Position numbers and translations under genes: made by a program. From contig NIVC01003903.1 of NCBI GenBank assembly GCA_002269645.1, positions 1 to 64,000 of the forward strand: 64,000 nt of DNA. Reading direction: 5' to 3'. The notes beneath the pieces are model-generated. The model made no database searches, was not told where the DNA came from, and was given only the letters and a program-made list of their open reading frames with translations. Below, one piece after another: positions 13,480 through 25,689 of this stretch (positions are counted from its first letter, which is position 1; every line of letters starts with the position of its first letter). This DNA comes from Macrostomum lignano. Lineage: Eukaryota.

Positions 13480-15575
13480 AGGTTTTTAAAAAGGAAGTAA
13501 TGATCCCCATGGGCAAATATTTCCAATTTCATTTGCATGGATGTTAGAATTTTTACCTTGGCCTATTCATAAGCCACAGCAGCTTATTGAAATAATAAGT
13601 GACTATTTTAATTTAAGGTAGTTGTTATTGTTACGGTCAGGGGTTGGACGGGATCCCGATCATGTTCCCGAAAACTCGGGATCTCGACAACTTCAATTTC
13701 CAGAATCGGGATAGGCTAATGTCATTTTTGTTTTTTTTTTCTGCAGAGTAAAAGTTTTTGCCATAGTCATTTTACTAGAAATATTTTCATCCAAACAAAT
13801 TGTTTAAACTATTGTTTCAAGCCCCTTGCTAAAGAAGTCAAGCTACTGTTACTTCAATATCATGGCAACACGATATAATGAGGTAAGTCAAATGGTTTAT
13901 TTAAGTGCTGACTGTTTTAAGTTAGTGCTAGTTTCAGTTGAATTCGTATTTGTTATAGGTAGGCATAAATTTTTTTGAATAATTAATATAGGTGCATGAA
14001 TGTTGAAGCATCATTACATTTACATGTTTGTACTTTGTACTGTTAGCAATATTGCCAGAAAAAATATTCACAGAAATAAAACATTCTATGTCATTATGCA
14101 CTACTACAATACTATATATACATGTATTTCATTTTGCATAAGCAGTAAATTGGATGTAAAAAGTGAGTATTGGTCATACTAAACTTTGTTTTTCTACATT
14201 TTGATTTCAGAAAATTTCAATTTTGAGTTTGGAAAGTTAATAAATTTTGATTTTGAGGAAACTGCTCTTTCGGGACATCTCTAATAATCCTAAAGTGCGG
14301 GAAAATAATTTGACTCTATTCTTAAGTGCATGTCTGCGGGTTTTCAACATTTATTCCAATAGGGATGATAGGCATAGGCCTACTACTAATAAATACTATT
14401 GGATTCATTAGTCATCAATATTTTATGGCACAACCACAATACAAAAATTCCAGTATTAGAATTTAGTTTCATTTAGAATTTTATTTGTTTTAAATTTGAT
14501 TAGCCTAGGACTGAATTTTTAATTTAAGAACATTTTCTATGAATGAAAAAATTATTTAATTCATCAAAGTATTGATTACATTAAAAATATTATGAAAAAA
14601 GTAACACTTGATTTAATTATGAACTTGTAATTTACATTTAATTAGTAATATTATGTAAATTTAAATTATGCATACATGCAAACAAGAAATGTTATAAAAG
14701 TTATAATATATATTTTACTGATTTCCTCATTTATGTTGGTCCAGTAGACTAGTCCTATGGGGTATGGACTAGTCTAGTAGTTAGTTATTGGACATTGGTA
14801 TTTGTATTGGTACTAATTCTAATTTCTAACATTCATAACATAACATAAGAATTAGGATACAAATGTATTGTTTACCTAGGCATATAGTGGGTATACAATA
14901 TACATGTATGTATGATATGGATGGACTTTGGGTATGGTATTTGTATCCATATAGAGTTCATTTGCCCCTATCCCAAATCCTGATTCCCGATCCCAATCCC
15001 GATCCTGAAAATTTTGATCCCGTCCAACCCCTAGTTATGATGACCTTATAAATAACAAAATGGTTACTTTTTATGGTTAACTCAAAAGACACTATGCGAG
15101 CCTATGGTCTTTACTTAATGTAACCATATAAATAGAAAAACTGTTATTTTTATGGTCACCATAGATAGGAAGCAAAATGGCTATTTTTACAGTCATATGG
15201 AAGAAATTTCTGTTAAATTACAAGGTAATACACTAATAGTAACAATTATCTAAAGTGAGCTACCATGACAAGAACCACTAAAAGTTACCATGGTATTTAT
15301 TAATAAAATGTTTCTTTATTTTTTAAATCTAACCATCATAGTATTTGCACAGCAAGTTTGTCACTTCATTTAGATGGTATTTGTTTTAAGTGTTAACTGT
15401 AAAAATAACCATCTCACTATTTATACGGTCACTGTAACAATAACAACTGCCTTAATTTAAACTATTTTCAATAAGCTGCCATGAGGATAAGCTGAAAATT
15501 GTTGATATATCTCTATGAATAAAATTGGAATTATTGGCATAGGACTGTAGTCTAAGGATAAGCACTTCTTTTTGA
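13480..15575. mobile_element. Old foldback/MITE-like element with long, diverged inverted ends
   Basis: 13480-13637 is the diverged reverse complement of about 15430-15575 (gtagttgttattgttac / gtaacaataacaactg; cagcttattgaaa / tttcaataagctg). Confidence 0.55.
13638..15033. mobile_element. Non-autonomous hAT-like element nested in the foldback element
   Basis: TIRs (c/t)aggggttggacgggatc at both ends with cccgat subterminal repeats. The 8-bp flanks gttacggt and gttatgat match at 6/8. Confidence 0.7.
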
Positions 15576-16564
15576 CAAAGTATTATTTATAATTAGGCCT
15601 GGTAGTTTTATTTTTTTGTATAATTATAAAAACTTTTATATTTAATATTCATTTCAAAAACAAAATAGATATTTTAGAGTTAGAAAATTAATGATTTTTA
15701 ATTTAATTATTTTTAATAAATATAGACTCTTGGTTGAAAAAACTAGGCCTATGGTTTTAAATACACTTTTAATATTTTTAAAGCAATTTTGACTCAATTA
15801 TTATAATTAACATTTTAATTACTTTGAAAATAGATATTACAATTAAAGTTTTTTGTTATAATGGCTTACATATGTCTAAGGCATTTGAACAAATGAAGTT
15901 TCATAAACTGTTTATAGACTATATATCTTAGTCTTTATCTGATATAATTGACAAGCATTATCTCATAAAAATATTTAATATATGTATAGTAACTGAGCTT
16001 TTGGTTGCTCGGGCTAGGTGGACTGCTATTGGCCGAAGCAACCTTGCTGAGTATACTTATGGGGGTTGAGACTGAGGAGAAATCTAAATTAAGGGTAGTG
16101 CTGCCACCAGCATGGGAACCGTAGGATCCACAATGAAGGGGTTTGTTTGGGCTCCACGCAAATAAATAATGCTTGAACAACTAGTCTCAGATATTTCAAT
16201 GTCTAAGTGACAGGACTCAATAGTAGCAAATGGCCTGAGTGGCGCAGTCCTGGCACTGACAAGTGTCCGCGCTTGAGCATGTCTGAGTTTAGTTCTCAGA
16301 GGATCCCTAACTCCTTTACCTAATAGCTATGTCTCACGCAGATGGGCGGCAAGTAAATAGGTCTATGCACCTGAAGCAGCAATAGACTCTAAGCCTATAG
16401 TCTAACAGCTATTTCTTAGAATCGCGCACGAGTGCTGCGACTGCACACTCACTCTCACTCTTATTCGCACCTATGTTGCAAATAGACACTAGCAGAATGG
16501 CTTCAGCCAACTGATTTCCTGCCAATAGGGTAGGCTGGAAAACCAGAGCTATAGCACTAGCAAT

Positions 16565-16760
16565 GCTCTACCAAGACTTGCTCAGGAGTGTGCTTTCTGC
16601 TTGAGCGCTGCAATGCTCTACCAAGACCTGCTCAGGAGCTTGCAGCTGCTTAGCGATGCTTATAGCTCTACCAAGACCTGCTCAGGAGCCTTTGCTTTGC
16701 TGTTAACCGGCGCTAGAGCGCTTACTCAGAGATAGCTCTCAACAAGTCTGACCAGCGGTC
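16565..16760. repeat. Degenerate ~50-bp repeat with conserved 24-bp core gctctaccaagac(t/c)tgctcaggag
   Basis: Three good cores plus one degenerate core, separated by partially related 26, 26 and 46-nt segments. Confidence 0.7.
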
Positions 16761-17905
16761 AAAACGGTTCTGAGGAAAAATTCAGACAAGTGGGCCTGCA
16801 TTCGTTAATATAGAACTGGAGGGTGGAGCATTTGGGCATTCCGTGGCTTGACCATGGAACTGCAGTCCAAAAAGTGCGGATAATGATGCACAACAGATAT
16901 TGATTAAACATGGGGGGAAAGAGTAGCTTCTACAAAGCGCCGACAGTTGCCTCAAGCCACTAGTGACAATGGCATGCCAAATTTGGGCTTGTGCGCACAA
17001 GGCAGCATGTGAGGGAGGGTTCAGCTCGGGACACGGGGTCCATGAAAACCCTCAGTCTAAAAATAGAATGACGCATGGGGAGAGGCTCGGACGCAGGAGG
17101 AACGAGAGAGCAGAAGGGGGAAGGGTCCAGAGAGCGCACGGGGGAGGAGTGCGGCTAACTAGACTTGCGTACACTGAGCAATTGTATGCGGCAGGCCAGG
17201 CAACAACAGTACAGGCAAGCACCAAATTTGGTGGCTTCCACTAACTAACCCTAGGCTAGGCAAAACTTCCTAATTTCCTATGTTAAAGATTGCGCCATAT
17301 TGTGCAACTTCTGAGCGCCAAGGAAGGCTGCTTAGAGTGCATGGAGACAGCAGAAAATTCCTATTCCAGATACTAGCAGTGGACAGCAGTGCCTAAGATG
17401 TGACTGCGTCCCTATGCTTGCAGCAGAAGACTGCAGCCACATCATATGCATATGGTTAATATAGTCCTATATCTTTAACATGAAAAAATATAATTTACAT
17501 GCCCAATTGCTAGCCAATATAGCCACCATAAATTGTGGTAGACCAGAGGTAATTTGCAAAAATTCCTACCAAAAAGAATATAGATGTAGTGCTAATTAAA
17601 TCATACAGGCATTTAGCCTTGATAAGACAGTCATAGTTACTCCTGCATAATTACTCCATCATAGTTACTAATTTTGCTTTAGGTTTTCTATATGTAAGTT
17701 GTATTTTTGGTCAAAAGGTAAGTTACATGGCCAGTGTAAATCAGTGGGATTGTGCATGTATCAAATAGAACCTTAAAATATTTAAATAAAATTGTATTAC
17801 TAATATAGAAACCAACCATCTATTCTTTATTTTAGAAGCTAGTATTAAAAATAATTCTTTATTTAAACTCAATTTCTTTTATTTTAGCCAAGTACATTGA
17901 TCAAA

Positions 17906-19427
17906 ATGGACTACAATATTGGTATTAATGCATGCAAACCAGCTTCTGCTCTCAATGGGCCACCATTCCAACAGTGCATTCTTGACTCAAAGGATGTTTC
18001 AAGGTAAGAAAAAAAATTGTATTTTTCTATGTTTACTTTTTATATCTTGATACTAATTACATTTTTAAAAATAATGTATTGATCCTTATTACTAAAAAGA
18101 TAATAAGTAATAATTTTCATTTTTTAAAAACTTCCTTTAAATTTGTAATATTGATTCTGAATCTTTAGAAGTTAAAATTATAAGATATTTATCAATAGGC
18201 CTATTGATCCCATCTATTATGGATGCTGATCCCTAAACCTAGAATACTGATAACTCTAATTCTAATAATCTCTAAGCCTTGGATACCAATACCCAAGTGT
18301 TAGATACTAGCCCCTAATCCTATGATACTAATGCCTAACCCTAGCTTACAAATTTCTAATCCTAGAACACTGATCCCTAATCCTAGCATACAAATCCCTA
18401 CTCCTAGGGCACTGATTGTTAATCCTAGGATATAAATCTCTAATCCTAGGACACTAATCCCTAATCCTAGCATACAAATCCCTAATCTTAGTTCATTAAT
18501 CGCTAATCCTAGGACACTAATCTCTAATGCTAGCATACGAATCTCTTATCCTCGGACACTAATCTCTAATCCTGGGACACTAATCCCTAATCCTACGACA
18601 GCAATCCCTAATCCTAGGACAATAATCCTTAATCCTTTAAGCTACTCCCTAATCTTAAATTACCGATCTCGAATGCCGCGACTGATCCCAAACCCCTCAA
18701 TCGCAGAGCGGCCTACCGGTCCGACGGCACCGGTCGCCAGCGCCAGCCATCGGCGCCAAGCACCGCCGTGGAGGAGGCCGCCGACAGTGACTCCAGCGGC
18801 AGCCGAGTCCGGGTCCTGACGCCCAGCTGCCAGCTGTGCGAGCTGCACACTCTGCTGCGGGATCGCGACACCAGCCGGTCGGATTTCGTATTCTACGCTG
18901 ACAGGCTGATTCGACTGCTGGTTGAGGAAGCGCTGAACTACCTGCCCTACCAGTCCCTGTCGGTGCTGACGCCAGGCGGGCATCCCTACGACGGCCTGCG
19001 CGCCTCCCGCGGCAGCTGCGGCATCAGCGTTATGCCGTCTGGCGAAGCGATGGAGAAAGGCCTGCGCGACTGTTGCCGGGCAATCCGCATCGGCAAGATG
19101 CTCATCCAGGGAGGCGACTGCGCTGGCGGCGACTGCGCCGACGCACCGGAGCCGGTGTACGTCCGTCTGCCGCCTCGGGTGCACCAGCGTCGAGTCCTGC
19201 TGATGCAGCCAGTGCTTGGCGACGGCCGAGTTGCCACCAAAGCCCTGCAGCTGCTAACCGAGGATTATCAGGTGCCCGAGTCGAATCTGTTTCTGCTTAA
19301 TCTGTTCTCAACTCGGCACGGCTTAGACTCTGTGCTGTCGGAGTATCCGGACGTTCGGGTGCTCACTACCGAGGTGCACGATCTGGTGCCGTATCACTTC
19401 TGCGCCAGGTATTTCGGCATCGACTGA
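17906..19427 (+). CDS. UPRT: Uracil phosphoribosyltransferase homolog; exons 17906-18003 and 18707-19427
   Basis: LHTLLRDRDTSRSDFVFYADRLIRLLVEEALNYLPY, GISVMPSGEAMEKGLRDCC, IRIGKMLIQ, HFCARYFG. Phase-2 intron AG|GTAAG...CGCAG|A supplies an ATG-containing first exon. Confidence 0.9.
18230..18655. repeat. 21-bp intronic minisatellite ctaatcctaggacactaatcc
   Basis: Directly visible. Confidence 0.9.
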
Positions 19428-19659
19428 ATGGATGTTTTACTCATTTTTTCAGATTTTAACCATCCTGCTTGAAGGTATTCTAAATTAAATTTATCGTCAT
19501 GAGACTCTTTAATACTAACCAGAATTTTGATCAAGTCAAGGATGTCTGGAATCTGTCATTTTTAAACTCGAACTCACTGGTTTCTGTATTCATATCCTTG
19601 TTGTTTTCTAACCTTTGATGCAAGGATTTTTCAAACATATTTATGGATTTCTGTTTGAT

Positions 19660-19900
19660 TCCTAATCCATAGCCTTCCAGATTATAATCCATGGATTTCA
19701 AAATCCGAATCTATGGATTTTCAGATTCTAATCCTTGGATTTCCAAATCCTAATCCATGGGTTTCCAAATCCTAATCCATTGGTTTCCAAATCCTAATCC
19801 ACGGATTTCCAGATTCTAATCCATGGATTTCCAGATCCAATTATTGGATTTCAAAATCCTAATCCATTGGTTTCCAAATCCGAATGCAGGGATTTATAAA
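19660..19900. repeat. Degenerate ~22-bp repeat aatccatggatttccaaatcct
   Basis: Directly visible. Confidence 0.8.
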
Positions 19901-20494
19901 TTCCAATCAATTAATCCCTAGAGCAGCCCATAGATTGTGAGGGATATTGTTTTGTATTTATTTCAATGCTTGCATTGCCTTTTATTCATGATTTTTATAT
20001 GACTATCCAGTTAACCTTATACCCATTATTTAACATTAACACATTTAAAAAAATTAATGCCATAATTCACTGTTAATAATGTTGCCAATAGTATGTAGTG
20101 CTCATTATGTGCCCCTTTTTGACAAAATTTCGCTCATGACTTTGTCAATTGAGTTGGCTGTCGCTCTGTCAATGAGGTAAACTGCATCTGAACTTTGTAC
20201 ATAAAAACTATAGGGCAAAGTTTGGGATCAGAATAGTTTGTGGGATTTGTCAAAATATTTTTGTCACATTTTTATCCATTTTTTACTGGCTGCATTTTAT
20301 CACACAAAACTTCAAAAACTGTATCGGCGTTTTAGGGCAATTTTTATCTTTTGTTTTATTGTTTGCCTTCTGTGTCATTGCAAACTTCGGGACTGCATCG
20401 CATCAACCATGTGACTTCATGAGTCCACGTCTCATTCCTCACCCCCATCGCGTCCATATTCTCACTTTCCAATTCTCTCTAGATCCTCATGCCC

Positions 20495-21175
20495 CAATTC
20501 TCATTATCTTCAGATCCCATCTCCAGATCCCCATTCCAAGACCCCCATTCCCCCTAGATCCCATTCCCCATATCCTCATTCCCTTCAGATCCCCATTCCA
20601 AGACCCCCATTCCTTCTAGATCCCATTCCCCAGATCCTCATTCCCTTTAGATCCCCATTCCAAGACCCCCATTCCTTCTAGATCCCATTCCCCAGATCCT
20701 CATTCCCTTCAGATCCCCATTCCAAGACCCCCATTCCTTCTAGATCCCATTCCCCAGATCCTCATTCCCTTTAGATCCCCATTCCAAGACCCCCATTCCC
20801 CATAGATCCCATTCCCCAGATCCTCATTCCCTTCAGATCCCCATTCCAAGACCCCCATTCCCCATAGATCCCATTCCCCAGATCCTCATTCCCTTCAGAT
20901 CCCCATTCCAAGACCCCTATTCCCCATAGATCCCATTCCCCAGATCCTCATTCCCTTCAGATCCCCATTCCAAGACCCCCATTCCCCATAGATCCCCATT
21001 CCCTCTAGATCCCCAATCCTTCCAGATCCCCATTCCAAGACCCCATTTCCCCCTCGATCCCCATTCCCCAGATCCTCATTCCCTTTAGACCCTCATTCCC
21101 TTTAGATCACCATCTTCAGATTCCAATTTCCAGATCCCCAATCCCTCCAGATCCCCATACCCTCCAGATCCCCAT
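20495..21175. repeat. C-rich higher-order repeat (agatcccc/attcc units, ~60-bp period)
   Basis: Directly visible. Confidence 0.9.
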
Positions 21176-21705
21176 CCTCTAATTCTCCCATCTGATCGGA
21201 GCTGCATGTAATTTACTTCATTTTTTGTGTGTCCTTCTATCTGGCTTTCAACAACATATCGAGTGCCGCACTGTTCCCACGTCCAAAAAATTGTATTTTT
21301 TATCGCAAAATTTATCACGAGAGTTCCCAAATCTGCTATACTATTTAAGCAATGGCCAAGACCATTTTTAATTGCGTTTTAGGCATCGATTGTATTTTGT
21401 TTATTTTTGATTGACCCTGATTGGCAAACTGGTGAACTTGATCTCTTAGACAACTTTTCCTAATGTACTCGTATTTTGCTACTTGTCAATCGCATCTGCA
21501 TTGTGCTACCAATATACATTTTGTTTGGCGAATTTTTTAAAAAAATTGACCTGATTTTATCATTTCGTATAAGGCATGAATTTCAGTGAAAATTATATGC
21601 TTGTAGTAATTCTCCTCCCTTTGTCCTCTGTTGACTTTCCCTTTATCCACATATCCATGCGCCACATCCCATGTCACTTATTTCCTTTCCTAATAACCCA
21701 ATTTT

Positions 21706-21960
21706 TACCGATACCCTTTACCCGATCCCCATGCCCGAATCCCCATGCTCGAATCCCCTTTACCCGATCCCCATGCCCGAATCCCCTTTTCCCGATCCCC
21801 ATGCCCGAATCCCCATGCTCGAATCCCCTTTTCCCGATCCCCATGCCCGAATCCCCATGCCTGAATCCACTTTTCACGATCCCCATGCCCGAATCCCCAT
21901 GCCTGAATCCACTTTTCACGATCCCCATGCCCGAATCCCCCATGCATGAATCCACCTTCC
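21706..21960. repeat. C-rich repeat cccgatccccatgcccgaatcccc (~42-bp period)
   Basis: Directly visible. Confidence 0.9.
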
Positions 21961-22107
21961 CTGATCGCCATGTCCCAATCATTTCCATTGATTTTTAATA
22001 GATCCCTTTGTTCGATCTATTCATATGTTCCCAAATGTCAATTTTTTAAATAAATCTGCCAAATAGACTTCTCAATCTCAGCTACTCCAAGCCTCTTCAT
22101 CACATTG

Positions 22108-22118
22108 CTCGCCCGCAG
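22108..22118 (+). promoter_or_regulatory. Unpaired splice acceptor (ctcgcccgcag), candidate SL trans-splice site of MPG
   Basis: AG is in phase 0 with the MPG ORF. There is an in-frame TAA at 22047 and no ATG between it and the acceptor. Confidence 0.6.
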
Positions 22119-23138
22119 GCATCCCCGGCCGCAGTCCGCCTTGGCCGCGACTTCTACGCCCGCGACTGCGTGGAGCTGGCTAAGCGGCTGCTGGGCCAGC
22201 GCCTGGTCTGCGAGGCCTCGGACCCCAGCGGCTGCCGCTCAGCCGGCCGCATAGTGGAAACTGAGGCCTACCTGGGCGAGGCTGACCCGGCCGCGCACTC
22301 TTACAGAGGCCCAACTGAGCGCAACGCCGCTATGTTCATGCAGCCGGGCACCTGCTACGTGTACAGCATCTACGGCCAGTACTGCTGCATCAACGTATCA
22401 TCCAATGGCGACGGTTGCGCAGTACTAATCCGCGCCTTGGAACCGTGCGAAGGCGAGTCGGCTATGCAGTCGCGACGCGGCAAATTCGGTAAAACTACTA
22501 ATAGTAGCAATAATACCGTTGGCGCAAAATTGTTGAAACCGCACGAGCTGTGCAACGGTCCGTCCAAGCTGTGCCAAGCACTAGCAATTGATAAGCTGAC
22601 TCATAATAAAACTGACATGTGCGATCCGGCTGCCCGGGTGTACATTGAGTCGGCGCCCGGCCCGCCAACCAATCAGATTGTCACTTCGCGGCGGATCGGT
22701 ATTGACGGCTGCGGGCCGGCCGCCGCCGCCATGCCGCTGCGATTCTATTGGCTCGGCTGTTCCTGCGTTAGCCGGCGAGATAAGGACGCGGAGGCTTTGA
22801 CGGCGCCAGCCGAGGCGGCAACATCAAAGGCGTCAACTAATGCCAACTTGCCAACTTCAAAGCAGATATCGCAAGCAACTTCAAAGGCACCGCCGCCAAA
22901 TTCAAAGGCACCGCCGCCAACTTTAAAGGCACCGCCGCCAACTTCAAAGGCACCGCCGCCAACTTCAAAGGCACCGCCGCCAACTTCAAAGGCACCGCCG
23001 CCGCCAACTTCAAAGGCACCGCCGCCAACTTCAAAGGCACCGCCGCCGCCAACTTCAAAGACGTCGGCTAGGCCTAAATCACAAATCCGGAATGCCGATT
23101 CCGATTCGTCGCCACCCAAACGAAAGCGGCTTCGCTAG
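22119..23138 (+). CDS. MPG: 3-methyladenine DNA glycosylase (AAG/MPG) with SKAPPPT-repeat tail; initiator Met not in the genomic ORF
   Basis: RLGRDFY..DCVELAKRLLG, GRIVETEAYLG..DPAAHSYRG.TERNAAMF..PG..YVY.IYG.Y.C.NVS, AVLIRALEP, NGPSKLCQAL, RIGI. Confidence 0.93.
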   Translation, partial: ASPAAVRLGRDFYARDCVELAKRLLGQRLVCEASDPSGCRSAGRIVETEAYLGEADPAAHSYRGPTERNAAMFMQPGTCYVYSIYGQYCCINVSSNGDGCAVLIRALEPCEGESAMQSRRGKFGKTTNSSNNTVGAKLLKPHELCNGPSKLCQALAIDKLTHNKTDMCDPAARVYIESAPGPPTNQIVTSRRIGIDGCGPAAAAMPLRFYWLGCSCVSRRDKDAEALTAPAEAATSKASTNANLPTSKQISQATSKAPPPNSKAPPPTLKAPPPTSKAPPPTSKAPPPTSKAPPPPTSKAPPPTSKAPPPPTSKTSARPKSQIRNADSDSSPPKRKRLR

Positions 23139-23537
23139 TTAGAATATAATTTCCATTTCCATGCGTAGCTGATGTTTTTATTATTGTTTTCTATAATCAC
23201 TCTCGGCATATTTTTCAACGTATTCAACGATGCCTCTAATAGGCATTTTGACATTCCACTTACGCTCGTACTAAGCAGTAGTATTGGCAGATTTAAAAAA
23301 TATTTTTGTAGTAGCATAAATTAGCCTCTATTTGCACTTGTTTTAATGCTATTTGCAGTCATATATAAAAAAGAAACAATTTTTCCTATCACAAAATTCT
23401 TTCTTGTAACCGTTGATTACGCTCAATTAAGCTTGTTTTATTTGTTACATTTGTATTTGCCCTATTTTTTCTAGTCATTAATTTTCAACTTTTACCGGCA
23501 CTCTTTAGTTGCTGGCTCGCCCTCCTAGGTAGATTTT

Positions 23538-24175
23538 CAGGCTGGCCCTCCCAGATCCTCAGGGTAGCCCTCTCAGATCCTCAGGCTGGCCCTCTCAGAT
23601 CCTCAGACTGGCCCTCCCAGATCCTCAGGCTGGCCCTCTCAGATCCTCAGACTGGCCCTCCCAGATCCTCAGACTGGCCCTCCCAGATTCTCAGGGTAGC
23701 CCTCTCAGATCCTCAGGCTGGCCCTCTCAGATCCTCAGACTGGCCCTCCCAGATCCTCAGGCTGACCCTCTCAGATCCTCAGACTGGCCCTCCCAGATCC
23801 TCAGGCTGGCCCTCTCAGATCCTCAGACTGGCCCTCCCAGATCCTCAGACTGGCCCTCCCAGATCCTCAGGCTGGCCCTCTCAGATCCTCAGACTGGCCC
23901 TCCCAGATCCTCAGGCTGGCCCTCCCAGATCCTCAGGCTGGCCCTCTCAGATCCTCAGACTGGCCCTCTCATATCCTCAGACTGGCCCTCCCAGATCCTC
24001 AGGCTGGCCCTCTCAGATCCTCAGACTGGCCCTCCCAGATCCTCAGACTGGCCCTCCCAGATCCTCAGACTGGCCCTCCCAGATCCTCAGACTGGCCCTC
24101 CCAGATCCTCAGGCTGGCCCTCCCAGATCCTCAGGCTGGCCCTCTCAGATCCTCAGACTGGCCCTCCCAGATCCC
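23538..24175. repeat. 21/22-bp minisatellite ggccctcccagatcctcagact
   Basis: Directly visible; lies between MPG and STX5. Confidence 0.95.
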
Positions 24176-24241
24176 ATAGCAGTTGCCAAGCGCCTCACAA
24201 CGAAAATTTCCCATCGCGCTCCCTTTTGCAGCTCAGCCCCC

Positions 24242-25587
24242 ATGAACGGTGAATTTGGCGCCAGGCATCGGCGCGAGCCAGTCGGCGCCAGCTGGGGTCG
24301 CTCTGGCGCCTGGCAGGAAACTTACTACGGCTCCCCGGCGCCGTCACCGCCTGCCGCGTCTGGTTTTAGCGCCACGGCGCCGGCGTCAAACGCGTCGATG
24401 GCGCCTTCGTTGCCGAGCGGCGGCGCCGGCGGTTGTCGCGATCGGACGCCGGAATTTCGCGCCGTCGTCTCCCAGATGTGCGGCCTTGGCGGCGGTGCCG
24501 CCGGTTGGCGCCGAAGAGCTGGCGCCACACCAGGCGCCGTTGGCGAGTCCCGTTTCGCAATGCACGCGCGCCAAATTGGCGCCAATTTGAATCGGACAGG
24601 CGCCAAAATGCAGAAACTGGCGCTGCTGGCCGGGCGTACCGCCACCGGGCATCAACAGCTGCCGGTTTCTGTCGGAGAGTTCGACGAGCTCGCCAGGATT
24701 GTCGGTCAGGTGAGAGTGCAACTTCTGACTGGCGATATGTATCGTAAATAACTTTGTTTAGCGTAAAAGCTGCGTTAAATTTTTAAACAAAGCTGATGAA
24801 ATTTGGTAAAATTTAATAGTTTAAATATTGGAATTCCATCCCAATGTCTATCCTAATTATTCCCATTCTTATCCTCTATCTGAGGTTAAGCAGAGTCGGT
24901 TGTGGTTAGTATGCAACTTCAATATCCGAGAAGCTTAAAAGCGGGTATATTGCTACTCTACTGTTAGTAATATCAGCTTGATCGGAAAAACCGGCACTTG
25001 CACAGGATCTGAACGGCCTGAACCAGTCGATCGGATTGCTGCAAGACTCCATCAGGCACAGCGGCGCATCTCCGCACGGCCAGTCGGCAGCCCACAGTAG
25101 CGCTGTAGTGCTGGCGCTGCAGACCCGTCTGGCCGACATGTCCGGCCGGTATCAGGACACTGTCCAGCTGAAGCAGCAGCAGCAGAAGCAACACCAGGCC
25201 GCCTATCAATCTGATTCGATGCACCGCAGTCAATCTGACGCTTCGGTCATTGACATGTCGGGCATCGTGGAGCAGCACCAGCGGCAGGGCCAGGTGCTCG
25301 CCAATGCGCGGGAGCAGGACGAGCGGGACGATGCAATGCGAAGCATCGAACAGACCATGGTGGACCTCGGCTCCGTGTTCCAGCAGCTCGCCACCATTGT
25401 GAAGGAGCAGGACGAGCTGGTGCACCGTATCGGAGCCAGCGTTGACGACACCGCCCTCAACGTCGATGTGGCTCACGCGGAATTGTTAAAATTTTTCAAA
25501 TCTTTAACCTCAAATAGGAGCTTAATGCTGAAGGTGTTCGGCCTGCTTGTCATTTTCTTTGTCTTGTTTGTTGTGTTTCTGCGATGA
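24242..25587 (+). CDS. STX5: Syntaxin-5; exons 24242-24709 and 25006-25587
   Basis: CRDRTPEF N-peptide, Habc-like region, SNARE motif AMRSIEQTMVDLGSVFQQLATIVKEQDELVHRI, SNRSLMLKVFGLLVIFFVLFVVF C-terminal TM. Phase-0 GT-AG intron. Confidence 0.93.
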
Positions 25588-25689
25588 GAGTCTTTTTATG
25601 AGAGTAATTTGCCTCAGTGCTGTGGCGTCTCTGACATCTGGCTTTATTGGTGCCGTTGTTTGCTGTCTGAGATTTCATACTGATATATT

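Noticed and set aside
16565-16760. CRISPR array
   Set aside because: Eukaryotic context, only 3-4 units, spacers related to each other, and no cas genes.
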